Source: Desulfatiglandales bacterium (GTDB lineage Bacteria > Desulfobacterota > DSM-4660 > Desulfatiglandales > Desulfatiglandaceae). From it: a stretch of DNA of 64,000 nt. The translations under genes were made by a program, and so were the position numbers. Below, piece by piece: positions 51,578 through 60,713 of the stretch. The stretch covers positions 6,720,001-6,784,000 of the forward strand of contig OY759599.1 in assembly GCA_963662465.1 (NCBI GenBank), given 5' to 3'. How positions within the stretch are numbered: position 1 is the stretch's first letter; every line of letters starts with the position of its first letter. The notes beneath the pieces are model-generated. The model was not told the DNA's origin. It saw only the letters and a list, made by a program, of their open reading frames with translations, and made no database searches.

Positions 51578-54312
51578 CTTATCGTTCGCGTTTTAAAAAT
51601 AAGTTCTGCAAATTTTGCCGAGGAGGCAGGCAGCACTTACTTGGCGGAACAACATCTCCACGATAAAATACGATATCAGAGGCATTGGTAGTACATCCCC
51701 GGTAAGGATACAGGCCCATAAGGGGAACAGGAACGAGCGCCTTGATAGATTGATTCGAAATTGTCGTAATTCATAGCTATTATTATTTTTTAATGGATTC
51801 AAAAACAATACGATAACATGCTGGAATAACGATGGACATTCACAGCTGTTTGTATTATATTAGTTTCCCAACATTACAACCACTTGAAATAACAGGGGAA
51901 CTATATGAACCGACATGTGACGCATGTGTTCATTTTCGCATCAGTGTGTTTTTTGGTTTGGTTTTGCAGTTTTTCAAAGGTGCAGGCATCACCTGTTTCA
52001 GCAGGTACTGGAAATAATATAAATGCCGGTGCATCATCAAATCAACAAACTGGTCAATCTGAAAATCAACCCAGACCTTTCGGTCAGAAGAATGATCGGC
52101 AGAAAATCCCAAAGCTTGAACGAAACAGGCTGGAAGAAGGTAAAAAATCAGCACCTGTAAGGAAACGAAAAAAAAAGAAAAAATCAAATAAAACGAAAAC
52201 TGCCAAGAAAAAGCGTGAGGGAACTCTATCATCGGATGATGATGCCTCTCACATTGCAAACAAAAGGAAAAAGGTCAAAAAGATTAACGTTACAGCAGAA
52301 AGAGTTGACGATATACCCCTATTGATAAAGGCCATGGTGAAAATGGGTATACAAGAAGCTATAGACCAACACATCCCAGTTCAAAAGAACCAAAGAGATT
52401 TGAGCTGGGGATGGACGGCTGTTATATGGTTGGCATATATGTTATCGGAGGGAGACCATCGCAAAGTAGTCGTCCGGGAATATGTATCTGGAATGCGGCA
52501 TACCTTAATCGAATTAACAGGATTGATAATCTCCGAAAATGATTTCACAGACGATCGTTTAGCGAATCTTGCCAGGTATTTAAGCGATAACGATATTTGG
52601 AGCAAAGTTGAAGAGAGAATAAGTGGCAATACGATTGAAGCATATGAGTTGCCGGAAGAAACTGTCAGGGTTGATGCTACGACTGTATCCGGCTACCACA
52701 AAACAGTTGAAGGTGGGATATTCCAATTTGGTGTTAGTAAAGACGACCCCAATAGACCGCAAATAAAAATCATGACGGGTTCGCTGGATCCTCTTGGGAT
52801 GCCGTTAGCCACGGATGTTGTTCCAGGGCAAATGGCCGATGACAAATTGTATGCACCTATCATAAGTCGCATTCACTCTATGCTCCAGAAACAAGGTGTC
52901 CTTTATGTGGGCGATTGCAAACTGAGTTCTCTTGAAAATCGTTTACACATTAAGGAAAAAGCGGAAGGACATTACTTATGTCCATTGCCTAATACTGGGA
53001 AAACCCCAGAATATATGGAGAAATGGATAGATGAAGGAAATTTGAAAGACAAAAAGAACGAGTTGATAAAGTACATCGTCCAAGACGATAAAGGTCAAGA
53101 GGAACTGAAAGCAAAAGGGTATGAGATAGAGCGTAACCAATCTGGTGAAATAAATGGAAAAGTGCTGAAATGGAAGGAACGCGTATTGATTGTAAAATCA
53201 CCAGCGTATGAAAAGCAAAAAGAACTGGGATTGGAACGACGGCTTAAAAGCGCCGAGGAAAAATTATATGCTCTGACACCACCAAGAGGCCCGGGGAAAA
53301 GGCAGATCAAAGAAAGAGAAAAATTAATAGAATCAGCAAAATCGATTTTGAAAAAACATAGGGTGAAAGATTTCCTTAAATATGAATATGTGCGGGAAGT
53401 AGAAAGTAAAACGAAATATATTGGTAAAGGTAGAGGGAGTGTCAAAAGAGAGAAAAAGGTTGAAGAAAGAATACGTTATCAAATAACAAAAGTGACACGG
53501 ATTAAGGAAGCAATAGATGCGGAGAAGAAGAAGTATGGGTGGAAGGCCTATGTTACAGATGTATCAAAGGAGCGACTTGATTTTATTGATGTAGTTAGGT
53601 CTTATCGAAAACAATACCGGGTTGAACGAATATTTAACCGACTGAAAAGTAGGCTAAACATCGCTCCATTTTACGTAAAAAGGGAAGATCAAGTTAAAGG
53701 AATAACGCATCTTCTGATGATAGGAGTCAGGGTAATTACTCTGGTTGAATTTGTTGTTCGCCGCTCATTAGCAAGAAGCGACGAAAAGCTTGTTGGATTG
53801 CACCTGGGAAATCCCAAGAAAGCTACGAACAATCCAATGTGTGAGAAGCTATTAAATGCTTTCAGCAAAATTACATTAACGATAATTGAAACAGGAGATA
53901 GTGTGATAAGACATCTAACCCCACTTTCTCAATTGCAACGTGAAATTCTAAAACACTTTGGACTTAGCACTTCTATATACGATAATTTAGAAGTTATGCA
54001 ATAGTAAAATATTATCGTCATAGTCCTTACAGGTTGTCACAATTGAAATACAGATTTTACGACAATTTATATGATTGTTGGAGATATGGAACGATGGTGT
54101 TTTACGCACGATCCATTCCATTTTCTGCCCTATTGTGTTGTTCCAATATTCGACGTGTGTTGTTTTTCAGGCTTTACTAACCCATGGATGCATGTTGCTC
54201 AAAAAGACTCCTGGTAGGCTTTCCGGAAATAACTTTTCCCCCTGCCAAGAGAGGTACCCTCTACCAGATTTCGAAATTAATCGAAGTGCAAATTTAAAAC
54301 GCGAACGATAAG
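51578..54312 (+). mobile_element. IS1634-family insertion sequence, 20-bp IRs, 6-bp TSD TATTAA
   Basis: CTTATCGTTCGCGTTTTAAA inverted at both ends; TATTAA at 51572-51577 and 54313-54318. Confidence 0.88.
51905..54004 (+). CDS. IS1634-family DDE transposase with an N-terminal extension
   Basis: ERVDDIPLL, VRVDAT, YVGDCK, YRKQYRVERIFNRLK. Confidence 0.85.
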   Translation: MNRHVTHVFIFASVCFLVWFCSFSKVQASPVSAGTGNNINAGASSNQQTGQSENQPRPFGQKNDRQKIPKLERNRLEEGKKSAPVRKRKKKKKSNKTKTAKKKREGTLSSDDDASHIANKRKKVKKINVTAERVDDIPLLIKAMVKMGIQEAIDQHIPVQKNQRDLSWGWTAVIWLAYMLSEGDHRKVVVREYVSGMRHTLIELTGLIISENDFTDDRLANLARYLSDNDIWSKVEERISGNTIEAYELPEETVRVDATTVSGYHKTVEGGIFQFGVSKDDPNRPQIKIMTGSLDPLGMPLATDVVPGQMADDKLYAPIISRIHSMLQKQGVLYVGDCKLSSLENRLHIKEKAEGHYLCPLPNTGKTPEYMEKWIDEGNLKDKKNELIKYIVQDDKGQEELKAKGYEIERNQSGEINGKVLKWKERVLIVKSPAYEKQKELGLERRLKSAEEKLYALTPPRGPGKRQIKEREKLIESAKSILKKHRVKDFLKYEYVREVESKTKYIGKGRGSVKREKKVEERIRYQITKVTRIKEAIDAEKKKYGWKAYVTDVSKERLDFIDVVRSYRKQYRVERIFNRLKSRLNIAPFYVKREDQVKGITHLLMIGVRVITLVEFVVRRSLARSDEKLVGLHLGNPKKATNNPMCEKLLNAFSKITLTIIETGDSVIRHLTPLSQLQREILKHFGLSTSIYDNLEVMQ

Positions 54313-55165
54313 TATTAAATACATCAATATAATCGCTTAATATTTCGCGTTCATTATTTGTAAGCTTCATATCTTTTAAAATCAAAATTTCGGTTTTCAG
54401 ATTTTTAATAAGTTGTTCAAATCGTCCATAATTAATTCCGAGGCTTGTTTCACTCTGAATGGTTTTTAAAATCTTATATGATTCCTGAAATTTTTTTTTA
54501 TCCACTCTCAAATATTGATAATAAATAAAAATAGCTACAACTAGAAAAAAAATCCCACCAAAAATTATAAAAAAACGCATCGATAAAAATCTATGCAAAA
54601 ACAAAGTTTTAGATTTGTGAATGTCATCGGTTTCAAATTCTTGATTTCTATCTTTCCTACCTCTTTTGGCTATTTGATGTGTAAAGGCAGATTTTTTGGG
54701 TTTATTATTCGCTTTTTTTATCTCCTTTTCAGTCTTATTCTTTTTAAATCTCTCTTCGCCATCTTTCTTTGTTTTTTTTGAATGGAATTCTTCCCATTTT
54801 TTGAATATAATTCCGCATTTGGGACATTCTGTATTTTGTTTATCACTCTCAAAACCACAATTTGGGCAAGTCTTCATGTTGTCTTCCTAAATTGAAAAAA
54901 TGAGAAAGTTGTTAAATCAATGGTCACAGTACTTTCGAATGAATATTTGGCCTTGATCATCGTTTCGGCCATTAATCAATTTTTTCCTTCCCACAGCCTT
55001 CTGCGCCAAAGCCTGTGTGGAGATAACATCTTGATTATTCATACGACTTGTCCCCCTTATTTAAGAGGAGAGGCCAGTTGGGAATAAGCGGTGGCCGAAA
55101 CGATGATCAAGGCCGAATATTTTAAAAGCGGAAGTGTAAATTGCGCAGATGTAACTCCCACACTT

Positions 55166-55879
55166 TTATGACTGGGCGGATGCGAGTCGGTGGCCGATGG
55201 ATTTAAAATATTCATTCGAAATTCCTTGTACTGCGGGATGTTTACAGATGATGTAGCTCGTTTCGCCGGTTTGTGCAATGTTGTATCCGCCGGGATCTGA
55301 TTTAAAAACAGCTTTTGAAATACTTTTCCAGTAGTGTGAATAAGATGTTCCGTAGAAGACAATACTCGCTGGTTTGTGCGATGCAATGGCTGCTGAAATC
55401 CGTGACGTTCGTACTGTCTCGAATTTACTTTGATATTTCTTTCGGGATTTGAAATCTGGACTGTCTGTCCATTTACCATAGTTCCATTGGTCGACTGATT
55501 TTGAAGGCAACGGAAAAAGTGGTGTTAGGCGATGACCACAGTCTAGGCGACCGAGTCTGGTGCGCTGAAACTCGCGAACAGACTCCGTATCTATTGGTCG
55601 ATCTTTAATGGCTAGAAGAATTCTTATTGAGGCAGCCCATGTTTTCTGAATCTTTGGATGGGAATCGAACCAGTGGCCGAGTCCGATTTCACGGCAATAC
55701 TCCTGTGCATCCTCAAGTTCCTGTCGGCCACGACTAAGCCAAGTAGACACACGTTTGGCAATCTCGTTTTTTGTATCACCGCCTCCCTCTTCCATACTGA
55801 TGAACCATCTGGATGCCGAGATGTCGCCATATCCATAAAAGTTTTCGCAAAAATCTTTTAACTGTAGAGAATCAAACAT
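55166..55879 (-). CDS. Hypothetical protein, possibly uracil-DNA-glycosylase-like fold
   Basis: FYGYG..W.ISMEEGG near the N-terminus and ICKHP near the C-terminus; AAGGA RBS before MFDS. Confidence 0.5.
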   Translation of the reverse strand: MFDSLQLKDFCENFYGYGDISASRWFISMEEGGGDTKNEIAKRVSTWLSRGRQELEDAQEYCREIGLGHWFDSHPKIQKTWAASIRILLAIKDRPIDTESVREFQRTRLGRLDCGHRLTPLFPLPSKSVDQWNYGKWTDSPDFKSRKKYQSKFETVRTSRISAAIASHKPASIVFYGTSYSHYWKSISKAVFKSDPGGYNIAQTGETSYIICKHPAVQGISNEYFKSIGHRLASAQS

Positions 55880-55909
55880 ATTTAGTCCTTTCAACGCCAA
55901 GCCCACTAG

Positions 55910-56269
55910 TATCCCGTCCCAAAAGTTTTGACCACATATTTGGCAATGCATCTTCCAATAAGATGCCTCAACTTTAAACCCATATTCAATGGCATTCAGC
56001 AGGAAAAATTTTAATATTTTAAATGGTTATAAATTTTTTGTTTCACAAAATGGGTTCAAAGCAATGACATGCCCAAGGAGTTTGTGAAGACTTCAAACAA
56101 CACAAAAATAGAAACAACTTGTTTACTTTCATACCCTGATATCATCAGCAAAAGAATATGTATAGTAAAAATTAACCTCTTGTTGGATACTAAAGTTGCC
56201 AAATATTTTGAAATACAGATTGAAAACTTGAATTGCCGGAAAACAGGTCAGAACTTTTGGGACGGAGTA
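55910..56269. mobile_element. 360-bp non-autonomous element (MITE), 24-bp imperfect IRs, CTAG target duplication
   Basis: TATCCCGTCCCAAAAGTTTTGACC...GGTCAGAACTTTTGGGACGGAGTA flanked by CTAG. Confidence 0.78.
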
Positions 56270-56398
56270 CTAGCACTCTCATTGACGTTCCCATTACCTT
56301 GTGATCAAATATCTGGTTCCCAGCATCCTACCTAGTAAAACCGAGAGAGATTTTCAAGAAAAAGGAATTGACAAGCTTGGCAAAAAAACAGACAAGCC

Positions 56399-56478
56399 AA
56401 CGCTTGCCATAACCGGCAGCTAAAAGCATAGCGACAATAGGAGCGATGCTTTTAGCTGTCCGAGTTGATGGGATTGTT
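56399..56478 (-). repeat. attC site (divergent)
   Basis: AACGCTTGCCATAACCGGCAGCTAAAAGCAT...ATGCTTTTAGCTGTCCGAGTTGATGGGATTGTT; overlaps the HNH stop; R'' CCCTAAC matches R' GTTAGGG at 57320-57326. Confidence 0.85.
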
Positions 56479-57306
56479 AGGGAATTTTTTATACATATTT
56501 CTTTTTAACACACGTTTTAATTCGACTTCTGCCCATCTTTGTATATCAGCAAGCTTATTCAATTTAGATTCAATAATCAAAGCTGTTGAACCTGACTCAC
56601 TAAGAAACTCTCCTAAACCTTTGGTACCCTTCATAAGGTTACAAGTTCTACAAAGAAGGATCGTGTTATCCAAACTCAAAGCACCTCCTTTGGCAAACGA
56701 CTTCATATGATCGATATGAAGAGGTTCAGCGTATTTCTCCATACTCTCATCATGTGAAATATTGCAAATAAAGCATTTATCAGAAAATGCTAATCGTGTT
56801 ACAAGATATTGAAAAAGATCAAATTCATTATCTGCCACATTTCTCTTAATATTACGATCCAAGTTGCAGTCATTGCACCATGAAAAATACACCTTTTCTG
56901 GATCTTGTAACTTTGCAAAGCAATTTAAGTCTTTTACTTTCTTACAGTTGGGGCAATATTTTTCTTTAAGCTGTAAATTGAATCCATCTATTGGGGGAAT
57001 GCCGTGCTCAAGTTTCATGTGGTTTATAACAGCAGACCACTTAAACACCCTATTGCATATTGGGCACTTCCTATTAGCTCCCCCAGGTTTCATGCACTCA
57101 ATGCACTGAGTTCTGTAACCGTAATTATTGCTTTTATCAGACAAAAAGTTCGTTATCGGTAATGAAAGTTTGCATTTGCTGCAGAACTTTTCAGCAGTAG
57201 GGTGGTTAGCAAAATAGGAAATAGGATCTGTAGAATGGGCGGTTTTTAAGTGCTCTAACAAATCCCTGTTAGACTTAAGAATATTTCCACAAACTTCGCA
57301 TTTCAT
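56452..57306 (-). CDS. Multi-zinc-finger HNH endonuclease
   Basis: C2H2 and CxxC repeats; HIDHMKSFAKGG....N...LCRTCN. Confidence 0.82.
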   Translation of the reverse strand: MKCEVCGNILKSNRDLLEHLKTAHSTDPISYFANHPTAEKFCSKCKLSLPITNFLSDKSNNYGYRTQCIECMKPGGANRKCPICNRVFKWSAVINHMKLEHGIPPIDGFNLQLKEKYCPNCKKVKDLNCFAKLQDPEKVYFSWCNDCNLDRNIKRNVADNEFDLFQYLVTRLAFSDKCFICNISHDESMEKYAEPLHIDHMKSFAKGGALSLDNTILLCRTCNLMKGTKGLGEFLSESGSTALIIESKLNKLADIQRWAEVELKRVLKRNMYKKFPNNPINSDS

Positions 57307-57323
57307 GATTATTTATGACCCCT

Positions 57324-57403
57324 AACGACAAGCTCACCAGCGCCGTGCACGGACTACCCTTGGAAATCCGCATGGCATACGGCGTCTGGTGAAGTGTTTG
57401 GTT
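57324..57403 (-). repeat. attC site (host family variant)
   Basis: AACGACAAGCTCACCAGCGCCGT...ACGGCGTCTGGTGAAGTGTTTGGTT; R'' CGCGAAC matches the reconstructed R' GTTCGCG. Confidence 0.85.
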
Positions 57404-57521
57404 CGCGACTTCACAGCTTAATTTGAATAATGCCGATTTTGGTAGCAAAATGACATTATAGGATTGTAAACAGGTAGAAGTTCCATGTCCTATATGACGG
57501 AAAAACGGTAACCATTTAGCG

Positions 57522-60500
57522 TTATTGTTTTATTTTTAGAAAACAGCCATTTTCAATAATTGCACCACTTTTTACATTAACTTTTGGTGCTTTCAAGATA
57601 ACTTTGGCCCCGTTTTGGATTCTTGTTCCAGAGTCGATGGTGATGGATTTTTCGGCGGTGACTTCACAATTCGTTTCTGAATTAAATCTAATGTTCTTGT
57701 AGACTGGATTATCAGAGAGAGAATAGTAAGGAGATTGGCCTTTTGATAATCGAAACACAGTTGTCGCGCATGGATAAATCTGAACGACTCTTTCTGCAAC
57801 AAGGGTTTCACCTGAAAAAAACTTGAGTGTTACATCTTCCAAAAAAGCTTTCTCATTTAATCCGTTCAATCTGTAAGCAATCCCCCAATTACAGTTTGGA
57901 GAAGAATAGCTAAAATCCCTATCACGAAAAGTAAACACAGCATAATCTGGATGCTTAAAAAGATCGTACCAAAATAACGATTCAGGATTAATACCGAAAT
58001 TTCCGCAGTACTCCAAACTTGTTTCAATTCTTGTAATATTACCATAGCCAGAATCCCGACAGTCAACAATCAAACCACCACGACTTAGATCAACACCGGA
58101 TTCCGAATATACAACATGGTAAGTATCGTGGTACGTGTACCCGGTCTCCCTGGGAAATTCATCTTCAATTTCCATTGAAATAAGTGCGTCTTTCCCAACA
58201 GGAGTAGGCTCATTGCCAACAAATTTCGATATAAGCTCCGCAACCCTAGAGTCATATCGCATTTCATCATGGTCTATATACATCAGCCACAGGGGAACAC
58301 GAAGTCCTTCCGTGTTTAATGGTAGCAGGCTTGCGCTACTTATGGATACCACCCCATCGTCATGATTAGGAGCTTCGTTATGCGCTACTCCCGCCCAGAT
58401 ATATGTTTTCGTGCCGGCAACAACACGAGCGGCAATTTCGCTTGGAAATTCTTTGCCAACCATCTCTAGTAAATTTGGGCTGCCTGGGGTGAGTTCTTCG
58501 TAAATTGGTGCATGGGGATCCAAGTGGGTCCAGAGTCTCTGCGCCACAGCAAACGTATCATCCTCATAAATCCTTTGTGCACTGTATGACCCATGGTGCG
58601 GGGGACCAAACATGATTATCTTTCCAATATTAATGCTTGCCTCATCCGCATGGTCTATGCAATACTTTCTAACAATAACACCTCCATAGCTGTGAGTTGC
58701 AACGTTAAATTTCCTGCCGGGATAGAATCTCCCTACGTCCTTTATAGCAGACCTGAAAAGTTCAGAACAGGCTACTATGGTTTCTGTCCCTCGGTAATTG
58801 AATACCCAGGTGTTCTCAGTAGACTCTTTCTTCCTCAGATTGGACACGTTGTCTTCCCAATACCCAGACTGACCATTAATACCATGCACGATTAAGGTAG
58901 GCTCTTTAATGCCATCATATATCTTGTCCTGATTTCCTGAATTAGCGTTGTAAGGGGCCTCTAAGACGTAATTTCGGAGATCTCTATGGTTGGGGCTATA
59001 ACATTTCTGCCCATCAAGGGATAGATTTTCGGACCAGTCACTATCTTTCAAAACCCTAACATTTTGAATAATTGGTATTTTTATTTTGGAATTGTAATCG
59101 ATTGCTCTGTAATGCAAAGTCCACCAGGTAACCGAATTTTCATAGCCTGGATCGGTAGGGTAGAAAAAAAGATATCTTGTTTCATCGAGATTAAGGTGTT
59201 CGGTTTTTTCCCAAAAAAATGAATCGTTTCGCTTAAAGTCTTCCAAATCGGTGATATCCAGCGTAAGCCTGCCATTGGAAACATTGAAAGATTTCAAAAC
59301 ATAGCCTATCAATGTGGCTGGTTCAAAAATAAAAGCATAAGATAGGTCGCTGAAATAAGGGTAAAAATAAGTTTTTGGGTCAAGAACGCTTGATAAACTA
59401 GGAGGTGGGAGTTTCACATAAAGTTTCCCATTCAGCTTTTCATCATTTTCACCTTTGATATTAATTATGATATCTTTACTTACTTGTGGAGGTTCAACAG
59501 ATCCGTCCCGGACAGGCCAAACATAGTAATGGGTTGATTTGATATTATCATCAAGTTTTCCAGTGCGAACGTAGAGAATCGTTGCCCAATTGTGGTCTGT
59601 GGGGTGTGTACTCGACGACCAATAATATGGGTCTGACCCAAGATTTACAAAAGGATGTTCAAGGGGTAACGAGGGATGGTCTTGGGAAAAATCCGCTAGG
59701 GTTTGAAGTTCTTTTCTATTTGGTAGCCGCCAATCACCATAAGTTCCGGTATAGCCACTACAGGTGTAGTTTGAAGGGTTTGAATTTAGACCACTTACCG
59801 CATCCAATGCTTCTTGCCAAGTTTTGGTTCCAAAACAGTTGGCGTCTAGGAGCCAAATAAGTCCAGTCAGATTATCTTTAACCGTACCATCTCCGTTGTT
59901 TGAAAACCTCGGCTCAGGCCAATGTGCTCCCCGCTCTAAGTCACCATCGTCACCAGCTGCATAGCTTACTTTTTGACCAGTTTGCCACACCTGGGCAGGA
60001 GGCGTACTTAATCTTCGAACTGGCCAAGGATAGTAAGTAATAGACTTCTTTTGATAATGAGTGTGGCCATTAGGCATTTCCATCCCCCAAGCTACATCTT
60101 CACCGTTGGTTGAAGACCAATAATTGGACGATTTTACATCCTTAAATCCTTGACTATTAAGCCATACGGCTGAATCCGTTTCTCCCGGATTGGCCAAACT
60201 TTCCAGCTCATGGATATTGGGGAGGACCCAATCGCCATATGTCGCTGTATATCCACCGCAAGAATACTTTCCGGGATTTGCGTTAAGGTCGGCCACTGAA
60301 CCCAACGCCTCCACCCAATTTTTGGTTTGGAAGCAATTGCCGCTTTTGAGCCACATAAGGCCTGTCAAGTGGTCCACCACCGTTCCATCACCGTTATCCG
60401 AGAATCTTGGGTCTGGCCACACAACTCCTGCCCGGATGTCTCCATCCTGTCCGGTCCCCACGCAAGAAATTACGTTCCCAGTAGAATCATAGCAAATTTT

Positions 60501-60620
60501 CTGACCAGTTTCAGGAAGATCAACCGTATTTGCATATGACAGCTCTGAATATATTGAAGTCGATAATACCATACCAATTAAGAATACTATCATGGAAATC
60601 AAGATTTCATTTCTCATCAT
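57522..60620 (-). CDS. Secreted 2x Lcl/DUF1566 plus alpha/beta-hydrolase (lipase-like) protein
   Basis: Start MMRNEIL after GGAAGGAG; LPETGQ, WRLPN..EL, IVHGING, THSYGG, GPPHHGS, DGVV. Confidence 0.85.
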   Translation of the reverse strand: MMRNEILISMIVFLIGMVLSTSIYSELSYANTVDLPETGQKICYDSTGNVISCVGTGQDGDIRAGVVWPDPRFSDNGDGTVVDHLTGLMWLKSGNCFQTKNWVEALGSVADLNANPGKYSCGGYTATYGDWVLPNIHELESLANPGETDSAVWLNSQGFKDVKSSNYWSSTNGEDVAWGMEMPNGHTHYQKKSITYYPWPVRRLSTPPAQVWQTGQKVSYAAGDDGDLERGAHWPEPRFSNNGDGTVKDNLTGLIWLLDANCFGTKTWQEALDAVSGLNSNPSNYTCSGYTGTYGDWRLPNRKELQTLADFSQDHPSLPLEHPFVNLGSDPYYWSSSTHPTDHNWATILYVRTGKLDDNIKSTHYYVWPVRDGSVEPPQVSKDIIINIKGENDEKLNGKLYVKLPPPSLSSVLDPKTYFYPYFSDLSYAFIFEPATLIGYVLKSFNVSNGRLTLDITDLEDFKRNDSFFWEKTEHLNLDETRYLFFYPTDPGYENSVTWWTLHYRAIDYNSKIKIPIIQNVRVLKDSDWSENLSLDGQKCYSPNHRDLRNYVLEAPYNANSGNQDKIYDGIKEPTLIVHGINGQSGYWEDNVSNLRKKESTENTWVFNYRGTETIVACSELFRSAIKDVGRFYPGRKFNVATHSYGGVIVRKYCIDHADEASINIGKIIMFGPPHHGSYSAQRIYEDDTFAVAQRLWTHLDPHAPIYEELTPGSPNLLEMVGKEFPSEIAARVVAGTKTYIWAGVAHNEAPNHDDGVVSISSASLLPLNTEGLRVPLWLMYIDHDEMRYDSRVAELISKFVGNEPTPVGKDALISMEIEDEFPRETGYTYHDTYHVVYSESGVDLSRGGLIVDCRDSGYGNITRIETSLEYCGNFGINPESLFWYDLFKHPDYAVFTFRDRDFSYSSPNCNWGIAYRLNGLNEKAFLEDVTLKFFSGETLVAERVVQIYPCATTVFRLSKGQSPYYSLSDNPVYKNIRFNSETNCEVTAEKSITIDSGTRIQNGAKVILKAPKVNVKSGAIIENGCFLKIKQ

Positions 60621-60713
60621 GTGAGGTTCTCCTTCCTTAACGGCTGCTATTTCCCGAATACGCTTGAGCACATGAAGGCAACGGGCCAAACCGAGCACCG
60701 TCATGTATCGCAC

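Larger units (their letters stand above)
51306..54877 (-). pseudogene. Zinc-ribbon membrane protein gene interrupted by an IS
   Basis: MKTCPNCG...CPKCG plus a TM helix; removing the IS joins DVFN-IYQSSSILWK... in frame to a stop at 51306. Confidence 0.8.
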
